A stretch of 64,000 nt of DNA from contig CAXXTF010000002.1 of the NCBI GenBank assembly GCA_963665775.2, forward strand, positions 864,001-928,000. Direction: 5' to 3'. The notes below the pieces were generated by a model. It was not told the DNA's origin. It saw only the letters and a program-made list of their open reading frames with translations, and ran no database searches. Both the position numbers and the translations under genes were made by a program. Each line of letters starts with the position of its first letter. The first letter of the stretch is position 1. The DNA comes from Dehalococcoidia bacterium. Its GTDB lineage: Bacteria; Chloroflexota; Dehalococcoidia; SM23-28-2; RBG-16-64-32. Positions 11,403-20,208 of this stretch are shown here, one piece after another.

Positions 11403-12515
11403 ATGCCCCAGCGACCAAATCTCCGTATCCCGGGACCTACACCCGTGCCACTTGACGTATTGGAGGCGGTGGCGCGACCTATGGTCAACCACCGGGGCCC
11501 CCAATTCGCCGCCCTGATCCAGAGGGCCAGCGCCAGACTCAAGGAGTTCTTCCAAACGGAGAATGAGGTGATGATCCTCAGCACCTCCGGTACGGGCGGG
11601 ATGGAGGCAGCAGTCGTAAATACGCTTTCCCCGGGCGACAAGGTGCTGGCGGTAAGCACCGGCGCCTTTGGCGACCGCTTCGCCTCGATCGCGGAGGCTT
11701 ACGGCGCCGCGGTGGTCCCCCTGGCCTACGAGTGGGGGCAGGCGGCAGACCCAGCAGACGTTGGCCGGGCCCTGGCCAAGGACGCCGCCATAAAGGCGGT
11801 GCTGGTAACCCACAACGAGACGTCCACCGGCGTCACCAACCCCCTGGAAGCGATCGCCAGCGTGGTGCGGGAGAACGATCGCCTGATCCTCGTGGACGGT
11901 GTAAGCAGCCTGGGAGCGATCCCGCTGGACACGGACGGCTGGGGGCTGGACGTGGTGGTGACCGCCTCGCAAAAGGGGTGGATGGTGCCGCCGGGGCTGG
12001 CCTTCGTCGCCGTGAGCGAACGGGGTTGGAAGGCGAACGAAAGCGCCAAGATGCCCCGCTTTTACTTTGACCTGGCCAGGCACCGGAAGATGATCCATAA
12101 CGGCCAGACGCCCTGGACGCCAACCGTTTCGGTCTTCTTCGGACTGGACGTGGCCCTGGAACGAATGGCCGCCGAGGGGCAGGAGCGCATATTCGCCCGA
12201 CACGCCCGCCTGAGCCAACTCGTACGCGACGGCGTGAAGGCTCTGGGACTGGAGCTGTTCGCGGCGGACCAGCGGTTCGCCTCGGCCACGGTGACCGCCA
12301 TCAAGTGCCCCGAGGGCATCGAGGTGGCCGCCCTGCGCAGCCTCCTAGAGAACGAATACGATGTGATACTGGCGGGAGGCCAGGGCAAGCTGTCCGGTAA
12401 GATCTTCCGCATCGGACACCTGGGCCTCGTGGATGAAGACGACATCCGCCATGCGCTGGAGGCGCTGGAGGCGGCCCTGCCCCGGGTGGGCTACCTGGGG
12501 GCCACCAGGCGGTAG
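11403..12515 (+). CDS. Class V PLP aminotransferase (serine-pyruvate/AGAT-like; probable phosphoserine aminotransferase role)
   Basis: IPGPTP, HNETSTGV, TASQKG, FRIGHLG; upstream of serA. Confidence 0.9.
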   Translation: MPQRPNLRIPGPTPVPLDVLEAVARPMVNHRGPQFAALIQRASARLKEFFQTENEVMILSTSGTGGMEAAVVNTLSPGDKVLAVSTGAFGDRFASIAEAYGAAVVPLAYEWGQAADPADVGRALAKDAAIKAVLVTHNETSTGVTNPLEAIASVVRENDRLILVDGVSSLGAIPLDTDGWGLDVVVTASQKGWMVPPGLAFVAVSERGWKANESAKMPRFYFDLARHRKMIHNGQTPWTPTVSVFFGLDVALERMAAEGQERIFARHARLSQLVRDGVKALGLELFAADQRFASATVTAIKCPEGIEVAALRSLLENEYDVILAGGQGKLSGKIFRIGHLGLVDEDDIRHALEALEAALPRVGYLGATRR

Positions 12516-12529
12516 GTCCGCAGGCGAAG

Positions 12530-13015
12530 ATGTCAGACGGATTCCTCAAAGAGTTCATCGGAATTACGGGGGCCGACGAGAATGCCCTCGCCGAGGTGGG
12601 AGCCGTCCTTGCGGAGAAGGTGGGTCTGCAGCGGCTGGTGGAGATGGTCTACCAGCGGCTGCTTAGCTACCCGGAAACGGCGCGCTTCTTCGAGACCCAG
12701 GATGTAGAGATGCGGATACGGACCCTCGCCGCCTACATCGGCCGCCTCTTGGAGGGGGGCTTCGATTCTCAATATGACGCCGACCACACGGAGGTGGGCC
12801 GCAAGCACCAGCAGGTTGATATCCCCTTTGAGTTTCTGGTGGCCACGTACGGCTGGGTGAGGAGCCTGGTGCCGGGGTTGTTGCTAGAGGCCTTGGGCAG
12901 TGAGCCGGAACGGGCTGTCGCTCTGGCTACGTCCTTCAACAAGGCACTGGACTTCGATCTCTGCCTGCTGGCGAGGGGATACAGCAGGAGCGGTATACCC
13001 CTGGCCACTGTGTGA
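12530..13015 (+). CDS. Single-domain sensor-type globin (protoglobin/GCS globin fold)
   Basis: Y..L.SYPETARFF (B10/CD1 region), EVGRKH proximal His, SFNKALDFD. Confidence 0.75.
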   Translation: MSDGFLKEFIGITGADENALAEVGAVLAEKVGLQRLVEMVYQRLLSYPETARFFETQDVEMRIRTLAAYIGRLLEGGFDSQYDADHTEVGRKHQQVDIPFEFLVATYGWVRSLVPGLLLEALGSEPERAVALATSFNKALDFDLCLLARGYSRSGIPLATV

Positions 13016-14598
13016 TGACTGTACGAGTCCTAGTCTGTGACCCCATAGCCAAAGACGGAGTGGCCGTGCTCCAGCGGTTGGGGGCCGAAGTCGATGTTCG
13101 TACCGGCCTCCCTCCCGACGAACTCCAGGACGCCGTCGACGGGTACGACGCCGTTATCGTCCGCAGCGAGACAAAGGTAACGCGGGAGATCATCGCTGCC
13201 ACGAGCCGGCTTCAGGTTATCGGCCGCGCCGGCGTCGGCGTAGACAACATCGATGTGGCGGCAGCCACGGAGAAGGGTATCGTGGTCGTGAACGCGCCCA
13301 CGGGCAACACCATCTCGGCGGCGGAGCACGCCATCGCCCTGATGCTGGCCCTGGCTCGGCACATCCCGGAGGCGAACACCTCACTCCGCGCCGGCCGCTG
13401 GGAACGTGACCGCTTTCTCGGCACGGAGATACGAGGCAAGACCATGGGGGTCATCGGCTTAGGACAGGTGGGCGCCGAGGTAGCCAGGCGGGCCCGCGGT
13501 CTGGAGATGCAGGTCATCGCCCAGGACCCCTTCATATCTGAGGAGAGGGCACGAATGCTGGGCGTCGACCTGGTTCCGTTCGACCAGTTGCTGCGGGAGT
13601 CGGACTTCATCTCCGTCCACACGACACTGACGGAAGGCACGCGAGGACTCGTCGGCGAGGCGGAGCTGCGGTCCATGAAGCCGACAGCCCGAATCATCAA
13701 CACTGCCCGAGGCGGCATCGTGGAGGAGGCGGCGCTGGAGAAGGCGCTGCGAGAGGGCTGGATCGGCGGGGCGGCCCTGGACGTGTTCGAGGCTGAACCT
13801 GTCACAGATCACCCCCTGTTCAGTCTAAACAACGTGGTGGTCACGCCGCATCTGGGCGCCTCGACCGCGGAGGCGCAGGAGCGAGTAGCGGTGGACGTAG
13901 CGGAACAGATCATGGCAGTCCTGAGCGGGGAGCCAGCCCGCTACGCCGTAAACGCGCCGTTGATCTCGCCGGAGACGTACAGCACCCTGGCGCCATACCT
14001 GCCCGTCGCCCTCAAGGTGGGCTCGCTGGCGGTTCAGATGTGCCCGGGTCAGATGAGCGGTCTGGAGATCGACTATTCGGGGGAGATCGTGCAGCATGAC
14101 CTCACGCCCCTGAAGGCGGCCGTGGTAGGAGGAGTGCTGGCCCGCGTCAGCGAAGAGCACATCAACGTGGTAAACGTGGACATCGTCGCCCAGCGACGAG
14201 GGATGAAGATAACCGAGAGGCGGGGGCCGTCCCACGAACTCTACGCGAACCTGATAACGGTGCGCATCCCCACCAGCGCCGGCGAGACGATGGTCTCGGG
14301 CACCGTGGCCCCCGATGGCCCGCACATAGTGCGCATCGACGATTTCTGGGTGGACATACCGCCCGGCGAGGGGTACCTCCTGGCCTGCGAGAACCGAGAC
14401 CGGCCGGGGATGATCGGGGCTCTGGGCACGCTGTTGGGCGGGTTCGGCGTGAACGTCAACTTCATGAACGTAGGGCGTCACGAGAAGCGGGGCACGGCCC
14501 TGATGGTGCTCACCCTGGGCGAGACCCTGACGCCGGAACAGCTGGCTCAGGTGCGGCAGATTCCGGACATCTTCGGGGCTAAGCTGGCTCGCCTGTAG
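13015..14598 (+). CDS. serA: D-3-phosphoglycerate dehydrogenase
   Basis: GRAGVGVDNID, GLGQVG, INTARGG, TPHLGAST, C-terminal ACT domain (NRDRPGMIG). Confidence 0.95.
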   Translation: MTVRVLVCDPIAKDGVAVLQRLGAEVDVRTGLPPDELQDAVDGYDAVIVRSETKVTREIIAATSRLQVIGRAGVGVDNIDVAAATEKGIVVVNAPTGNTISAAEHAIALMLALARHIPEANTSLRAGRWERDRFLGTEIRGKTMGVIGLGQVGAEVARRARGLEMQVIAQDPFISEERARMLGVDLVPFDQLLRESDFISVHTTLTEGTRGLVGEAELRSMKPTARIINTARGGIVEEAALEKALREGWIGGAALDVFEAEPVTDHPLFSLNNVVVTPHLGASTAEAQERVAVDVAEQIMAVLSGEPARYAVNAPLISPETYSTLAPYLPVALKVGSLAVQMCPGQMSGLEIDYSGEIVQHDLTPLKAAVVGGVLARVSEEHINVVNVDIVAQRRGMKITERRGPSHELYANLITVRIPTSAGETMVSGTVAPDGPHIVRIDDFWVDIPPGEGYLLACENRDRPGMIGALGTLLGGFGVNVNFMNVGRHEKRGTALMVLTLGETLTPEQLAQVRQIPDIFGAKLARL

Positions 14599-14646
14599 GC
14601 GGGCCCAGAATGACACAGCGCGGAGCGCTGGCCAGCGGCTTCGGCG

Positions 14647-15921
14647 CTAGTCGTGCAGTGAGTTGAACAGCAGTCCAGTCGGGACCTTCGGGTAGAAGAA
14701 GGTCGATTTCTGAGGCATGCGCTCGCCGGCATCGGCGATGTCGAGGATGCGGCGCACGGGGAGAGGGTTCAGGAGCAGGGCATAGCGGCAACGTCCGCCA
14801 CGTACGCTGCCAAGCGCATCCTGGGCATCCTCGGTGAACCAGACGGTGCGAATGTCCGTCATCTTCGCCTCATCCAGGCCCATTCCGTCCCGCAGGATGG
14901 CGTGAGTCGCGATGGCGGCGTCCAGCCCGCGCCAGTCGGCTGATCGCTCCTGGGGAAGCAAGGCGTCCACAGCCTCCCGGTCGGAGGGAGTCACGAGATA
15001 GAGGTCGGGCGAATCGGCGGCGGCCAGACCGAAGGCAGGCGCCGTGCGGCCACGCTCGGCGAGAGCGGTCAGCAGGACGGATGACGAAGGCATCGAGGCG
15101 ACCTCGAACCGTCCGCGAAGGCGGCTGAGCAGCTCCTGGAGAGGGATCTCAGCCGCCGCCAGGCGATGGATGGGAAGCACCAGCAGGCCCGGGTCGTGGG
15201 CGGCGGTGAGGGCGACGAGGGCGAAGCTCTCCGGCTCGTCGCCGGTCCCAGCGGCGGCGCGGCGCTCGTCCCGATAGGCCAGGGCCGTCTCGTAGCGGTG
15301 GTGGCCATCGGCCACGTATAGCCTTTCGAGCGCGAAGGCCTGGGTAAGGGCGCCGGTCAGGTCTGGGTTATCGATGCGCCAGAGGGCCTGGGCCTCGCCT
15401 CCACCGTCGCTGAACTGAGCCAGGGGAGGCGCGCCAGTTAAGTCCGCCAGGTGCGGCGCGATGAGCCTTTTATCGTCCCTGTAGAGGAGGAAGACTGGGC
15501 TGGCGTTCAGGCCGGTAGCCCGGAGTAGCTGCATCCGATCCTCCTTAGGGGCCCCGAACGTTTGCTCGTGGGGGAGGACGACGCCTCGGTCCCACTCCTC
15601 CAGTCGCAGCCGAGCGAAGAGCATGTGCCGCGCGTAGGTCTGGCCCCCGTGCTGGAACTGCTGACGATAGACGTAGAAGGCGGGTGAGACGTCGCGGCGG
15701 AGGCTGCCCTCCTGACGCCACAGCTGGAGCGTCTCGGCGGCCCGCTGGTAGCGGTCGCCCCCGCCCTCCGTCAGCTCTATGCGCACGGCGTTGTGTGGGG
15801 AGCGCTGGTAGAGGGCGCGCTGCTCCGCGGGCGAGATGACATCGAAAGGTGGACAGATGACGGCGGCGAGGTCGATATCGGGCGCGTACCTGAGGGCACG
15901 GAAGGGCACGACCTCGCTCAT
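14647..15921 (-). CDS. DUF1015 family protein
   Basis: PFRALRY, PPFDVI, PHEQT, YVADGHHRYE, MPQKSTFFYPK. Confidence 0.9.
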   Translation of the reverse strand: MSEVVPFRALRYAPDIDLAAVICPPFDVISPAEQRALYQRSPHNAVRIELTEGGGDRYQRAAETLQLWRQEGSLRRDVSPAFYVYRQQFQHGGQTYARHMLFARLRLEEWDRGVVLPHEQTFGAPKEDRMQLLRATGLNASPVFLLYRDDKRLIAPHLADLTGAPPLAQFSDGGGEAQALWRIDNPDLTGALTQAFALERLYVADGHHRYETALAYRDERRAAAGTGDEPESFALVALTAAHDPGLLVLPIHRLAAAEIPLQELLSRLRGRFEVASMPSSSVLLTALAERGRTAPAFGLAAADSPDLYLVTPSDREAVDALLPQERSADWRGLDAAIATHAILRDGMGLDEAKMTDIRTVWFTEDAQDALGSVRGGRCRYALLLNPLPVRRILDIADAGERMPQKSTFFYPKVPTGLLFNSLHD

Positions 15922-16002
15922 GATCCGATAATAGCATTCGACGATTGCCGCGAGCCAGATCAGGGATTAGAATGTCGGCAAGACCATGGTAAGGAGTACA
16001 CG

Positions 16003-16323
16003 GTGGGCGACTGCATGTTCTGCGACATCGTGGCCCGGCGGGAGCCGGCAGAGGTCCTGTACGAGGACGACGAGGTGATGGTATTCCGCAACCGACTGCG
16101 CTGGGTGCCAGTCATGCTGCTAGCGGTGCCCAAGGTCCATAAGACCCAGCCGGACCTGTGGCGGGAGATGGGTCGGGTAAGCGAGATAGCGGTGCGGATG
16201 GGGAAGAAGCACTGCCCGAGGGGTTTCCGATTGCTCTCGAACTTCGGGGACGAGGCGATGCAAAGTCAGGAGCACGGTCACGTGCACATCCTGGGCGGAA
16301 CGTTTCTTGGAAAGTACGCCTAA
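16003..16323 (+). CDS. HIT (histidine triad) family protein
   Basis: DCMFC N-terminus, HGHVHILGG triad; AAGGAG RBS before GTG 16003. Confidence 0.9.
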   Translation: MGDCMFCDIVARREPAEVLYEDDEVMVFRNRLRWVPVMLLAVPKVHKTQPDLWREMGRVSEIAVRMGKKHCPRGFRLLSNFGDEAMQSQEHGHVHILGGTFLGKYA

Positions 16324-16389
16324 GGAGTGTATATTTGACCCAGTTGAGCTACCTAGGGTTCATAACGCTATAGCGATGGAGGGGTACCA

Positions 16390-17781
16390 ATGATTAAGAA
16401 GGTAATGGAAACCCTGGATGAAACCGTCGCCGATATACCGGATGGCGCCAGCATCATGGTCGGCGGCTTCGGCCCCGGCATCCCCTACAACCTGATCTCC
16501 GCCCTCCACCGCCAGGGGGCCAAGGAGCTCACGGTTATCGCCGTCACACCGACAACCTTTCGCCGCCCAGACGTCAGCCTCCTGACCAGGGAAGGACGGG
16601 TGAAGGAGCTCATCTCCCAGGGTGGCGATGGCCACACTCCGGGCGTTCCCCAGGGCACGATGGCGGAGCGCGTTCGGGCTGGGGCCGCGGGAATCCCCGC
16701 CTTCTACACCCCTACCAGCGTCGGCACCAACATGGCCAAGGGTAAGGAGCACCGGGAATTCAACGGCCGCACCTATGTCCTTGAGACCGCCCTCACGGCG
16801 GACTACGGCTTTGTCCGGGCCAGGAAAGCCGATACCGTAGGCAACCTTCAGTACCGGCTCTCCCAAATGAACAGCAACCCGCTGGTGGCGCGGGCGGCCC
16901 GCATCACCATAGCCGAGGTGGAGGAGCCGATCGTCGAGGTGGGGGACCTCGATCCCAGCTTCGTCCACACGCCCGGCCTTTACGTCAAGCGAGTCGTGGA
17001 GATTCCGCCGCCTCCGGAGGGGTTCGAGGACCGCCCCTATAACATCTTTGGGGTGGCCCCGACGGGCCGAAGGTCAACACGGGGCATCGGCGAAGAGGCC
17101 GAAAGGGAAGAGAGCGGCAAGAAGAAGCTGAGCCGGGAGCAGATGGTGCGCCGGCTGGTCCAGGAGTTAGAGGAGGGCTGGGTGGTAAACCTGGGGATGG
17201 GTCTACCACAGTATTGCTGCATGCTCGCGCCGCCGGAGCGGGGCATCATCTTTCACGCGGAGAACGGGGTCATCGGCTACGGGGGAATGGCGACGAAAGA
17301 GAACCTGGACATTCACCTGGTGGACGCCCTGGGTTTTCACCTTACCCTTGGCCCCGGCGCCAGCGTCGTCGATCACGCGGAGTCCTTCGCTTTGGTCCGC
17401 AGTGGGCGCCTGGATGCCACCGCGCTAGGAGCGTATCAGGTGGCCGAGAACGGAGATCTGGCCAACGTGGGTCGCGAGCCGGGGGGCGAGGGAGGAGCAG
17501 GGGGCGGCGCCATGGACATGGCCGCCAACGCAAAACGGGTGTTCGTGATCATGCAGCACAATCGGGATGACGGAGAGGCTCGACTGGTAAAGCGAAGTAA
17601 TCTACCCCTCACGGCCCCGGGCGTGGTCAAGATGGTCTTCACTGACCTGGGGGTGTTCGAGGTGACGTCTGAGGGCTTCCTCATGCGTGAGATCGCTCCA
17701 GGCTGGACGGTCGACGAGGTGAATGCCCTGTCCGGCGCCGAGATCCACGCCGCTCCAGACCTGAAGGAGGTCCAGGTCTAG
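16390..17781 (+). CDS. 3-oxoacid CoA-transferase, fused A and B subunits
   Basis: DGASIMVGGFG, PQGTMAERVRAG, VNLGMGLP, HAENG (catalytic Glu), GGAMDMA. Confidence 0.88.
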   Translation: MIKKVMETLDETVADIPDGASIMVGGFGPGIPYNLISALHRQGAKELTVIAVTPTTFRRPDVSLLTREGRVKELISQGGDGHTPGVPQGTMAERVRAGAAGIPAFYTPTSVGTNMAKGKEHREFNGRTYVLETALTADYGFVRARKADTVGNLQYRLSQMNSNPLVARAARITIAEVEEPIVEVGDLDPSFVHTPGLYVKRVVEIPPPPEGFEDRPYNIFGVAPTGRRSTRGIGEEAEREESGKKKLSREQMVRRLVQELEEGWVVNLGMGLPQYCCMLAPPERGIIFHAENGVIGYGGMATKENLDIHLVDALGFHLTLGPGASVVDHAESFALVRSGRLDATALGAYQVAENGDLANVGREPGGEGGAGGGAMDMAANAKRVFVIMQHNRDDGEARLVKRSNLPLTAPGVVKMVFTDLGVFEVTSEGFLMREIAPGWTVDEVNALSGAEIHAAPDLKEVQV

Positions 17782-18322
17782 CTTCGCCACCCAGTGGCCC
17801 GGGTTGTGCCTCCTCAACGGATGCATTCCAGGAAACGCTGCAACAGGGGGGCAGGCGTGGGATCACCGAGGGTGATCACGCAAGGGCGGGACGACAGGCG
17901 CGAGTAGAAATCAGCCTTTAAGAGGAATAGGTTGCCGCTCCGGCGGAGGGCCTGCCCTGCTTCAACCGAGGGACGCGTACTGGGGACGGCCACGGAATCG
18001 GCAAACGCCTGATGGCTATCGGCATATCTCTCGCCCTGACCCTGGCGGTCGGACGCCGGCCGGGCCTTTCGGCACACTCGCTCCCAGGCCGGCGGTGAAA
18101 CCCTTGACACCCAGCGCAAATGTGGATATTAATTAGCGATGATAGATAGAAACCGTAGATGCCTTCACTACTTGCACATCGTTTACGCGTGAATCTTACT
18201 GAACGTCGCGGCATGGTGACCGGCCCACAATTCGTGGACGCCGATAACAAGGATTGTTTGGCCTTTCTCGGCCGGTTCCACGTATTGACGCATGCGTCCT
18301 GCTGGAACCTTAGGCTGGGTGA

Positions 18323-19339
18323 TTGATAGTGGAATACTTACAGACTGTTCTGGTTCGGATAGAGGCGGCAAAGATTGACGAGGCGCTGCGGCCGCAAGGC
18401 CTCCTCGAGGAGCTGGAGGAGCACCGGGGCTTTCTAGAGGAGCAGCCCGGCTTCCAGGACCTCAGTTTAGCACGCTCCATCAACAGGGACGGGAACATCC
18501 TGCTGATCGTGGAGACGCGCTGGCAGGACGACGATAGTCTCGTGTATTACGAGACGCACGAGCCCAACGTTATGGGCATCCTCAACCAGCACCAGGACCT
18601 CGTCATCCCGGACAGCCTGCAGGTTCTGGACATGGAGGCCCTGACACCTAAGGTATCGGCAGCACGCGTCAGGACGGCCACCGACCGCCTCGCCCTCCCC
18701 GTTCTGGTGCCCTTCGGGACGCTGGCCTTCATCCTCCTTGTGGTATACGGCCTCTCCCGCGTCTACCTGGAGCTGCCCGGGGACACAGCGACAGGCTTGG
18801 CTGCGGGCATCGCTCTGGGGATTCTTGCCATGGCCTGGTTCCTGTCCACACGTCCCATTATCTCCGGGATGCAGGTCGGCTTCATGGCCGTAGTGGTTGC
18901 CGGCGTGCTGGCTGGTGGGGCGATCTACGCGGTGGTTGACGATGACGATGGGGCGGAAGGTGACGGCCAGAATGGGGTCTCCGAGCCGACTCCCGGGGCG
19001 GGGGGCGGTACCGGCCGCTCGTTGGTGACCATGGGTGACAACTTCTTTGAATTCGAAGGGGAGCGAACGCCTGTCATTGAGGTCGCAGCCGGAGAGGCAG
19101 TGACCTGGGACCTAAGCCACAACGGTCAGGCCGTCCACAACATGCACATCGCTGGCACGGACAATGAATACGGTGTCGACTTCTGCGACGTGGGGGGTGA
19201 GGAGCCCTGCTCCGACCCGGATATATTTACAGCCGGCCAAAGTGGCACGATCACGTTCCAGTTCGACGAACCGGGCACCTTCATCTTCCGGTGCGATTTC
19301 CACGCGCAGGAGATGACGGGCGAAGTGAGAGTACGCTAG
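18323..19339 (+). CDS. Fusion of ABM-like barrel, 3 TM helices and a C-terminal cupredoxin
   Basis: QPGF...VETRWQDDDS; three hydrophobic helices; HNMH...CDFHAQEM type-1 copper ligands; start uncertain (TTG 18323 or GTG 18329). Confidence 0.75.
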   Translation: MIVEYLQTVLVRIEAAKIDEALRPQGLLEELEEHRGFLEEQPGFQDLSLARSINRDGNILLIVETRWQDDDSLVYYETHEPNVMGILNQHQDLVIPDSLQVLDMEALTPKVSAARVRTATDRLALPVLVPFGTLAFILLVVYGLSRVYLELPGDTATGLAAGIALGILAMAWFLSTRPIISGMQVGFMAVVVAGVLAGGAIYAVVDDDDGAEGDGQNGVSEPTPGAGGGTGRSLVTMGDNFFEFEGERTPVIEVAAGEAVTWDLSHNGQAVHNMHIAGTDNEYGVDFCDVGGEEPCSDPDIFTAGQSGTITFQFDEPGTFIFRCDFHAQEMTGEVRVR

Positions 19340-19359
19340 CCAATGCATCCGCCGCGGCA

Positions 19360-20205
19360 ATGAGATCTGTGGAGTCCGGTAGACTCGCTGTATCCCCCTG
19401 GCTGGGGATAGGTCTCCTGGTAGGCCTAGTCATCATTTTGGCGGGCTGCGGCGTCGACACTCCTCAGAACACGTTTGCGGCGGAAGGCGATGTAGCAGAG
19501 AAGCAGAAGGACCTTTTCAACCTGACACTGTGGCCGGCGATTGCGATCTTTATCCTCGTCGAGGGGCTGCTGGTTTACGCCCTCGTGCGATTCCGCCACA
19601 GGCCGGGGAACGAGGGGCTGCCCAAGCAAGTTCACGGTAACACGAAATTGGAGATTACCTGGACAATTCTACCGGCCATTCTGATGCTTGCTCTCGCCGT
19701 GCCAACGATCGCCGGCATCATAGACCTGGGGCGACCGCCGGCGAAGGACGCCTTGCAGGTCACCGTAACCGGTTTCCAATGGAACTGGATAATCGAGTAC
19801 GAGGAATACACCGACGCAGATGGCAACCCCCTGCGAGTTATCGGTACCTGCTCCACAAACTGCGCTGAGCTGCACGTTCCGGTCGGGCGTGAGGTCGCCG
19901 TTTACCTGGAGTCCTCAGACGTACTGCATAGCTTCTGGATCCCGAGGCTGGCGGGTAAGCTGGATGCGGTCCCCGGACGGACAAACGTCACCTGGTTTAA
20001 CGCTGTGAACCCTGGCACATATCAAGGACAGTGTGCGGAGTTCTGTGGGCTAGGCCATGCCGAGATGCGGATATCCGTAGTGGCCCAAAGCCAGGAGGAG
20101 TTCGAGGCGTGGGTGCAGGAGCAGCTCGGCGGAGATCTGACGACCAACGCTGGCGACGGGGAGGAAGGGCTGGCCGAGGCGAACACGGCGAGGTCCAAGG
20201 AGTAA
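19360..20205 (+). CDS. coxB: Cytochrome c oxidase subunit II (lipoprotein, CuA)
   Basis: Lipobox LAGC, HGNTKLEITWT, HSFW, CAEFCGLGHAEM. Confidence 0.95.
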   Translation: MRSVESGRLAVSPWLGIGLLVGLVIILAGCGVDTPQNTFAAEGDVAEKQKDLFNLTLWPAIAIFILVEGLLVYALVRFRHRPGNEGLPKQVHGNTKLEITWTILPAILMLALAVPTIAGIIDLGRPPAKDALQVTVTGFQWNWIIEYEEYTDADGNPLRVIGTCSTNCAELHVPVGREVAVYLESSDVLHSFWIPRLAGKLDAVPGRTNVTWFNAVNPGTYQGQCAEFCGLGHAEMRISVVAQSQEEFEAWVQEQLGGDLTTNAGDGEEGLAEANTARSKE

Positions 20206-20208
20206 GCG

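Noticed and set aside
18159-18326. 55-aa ORF overlapping the start of the ABM-cupredoxin gene
   Set aside because: No RBS, atypical codon use and no recognisable motif; probably promoter DNA
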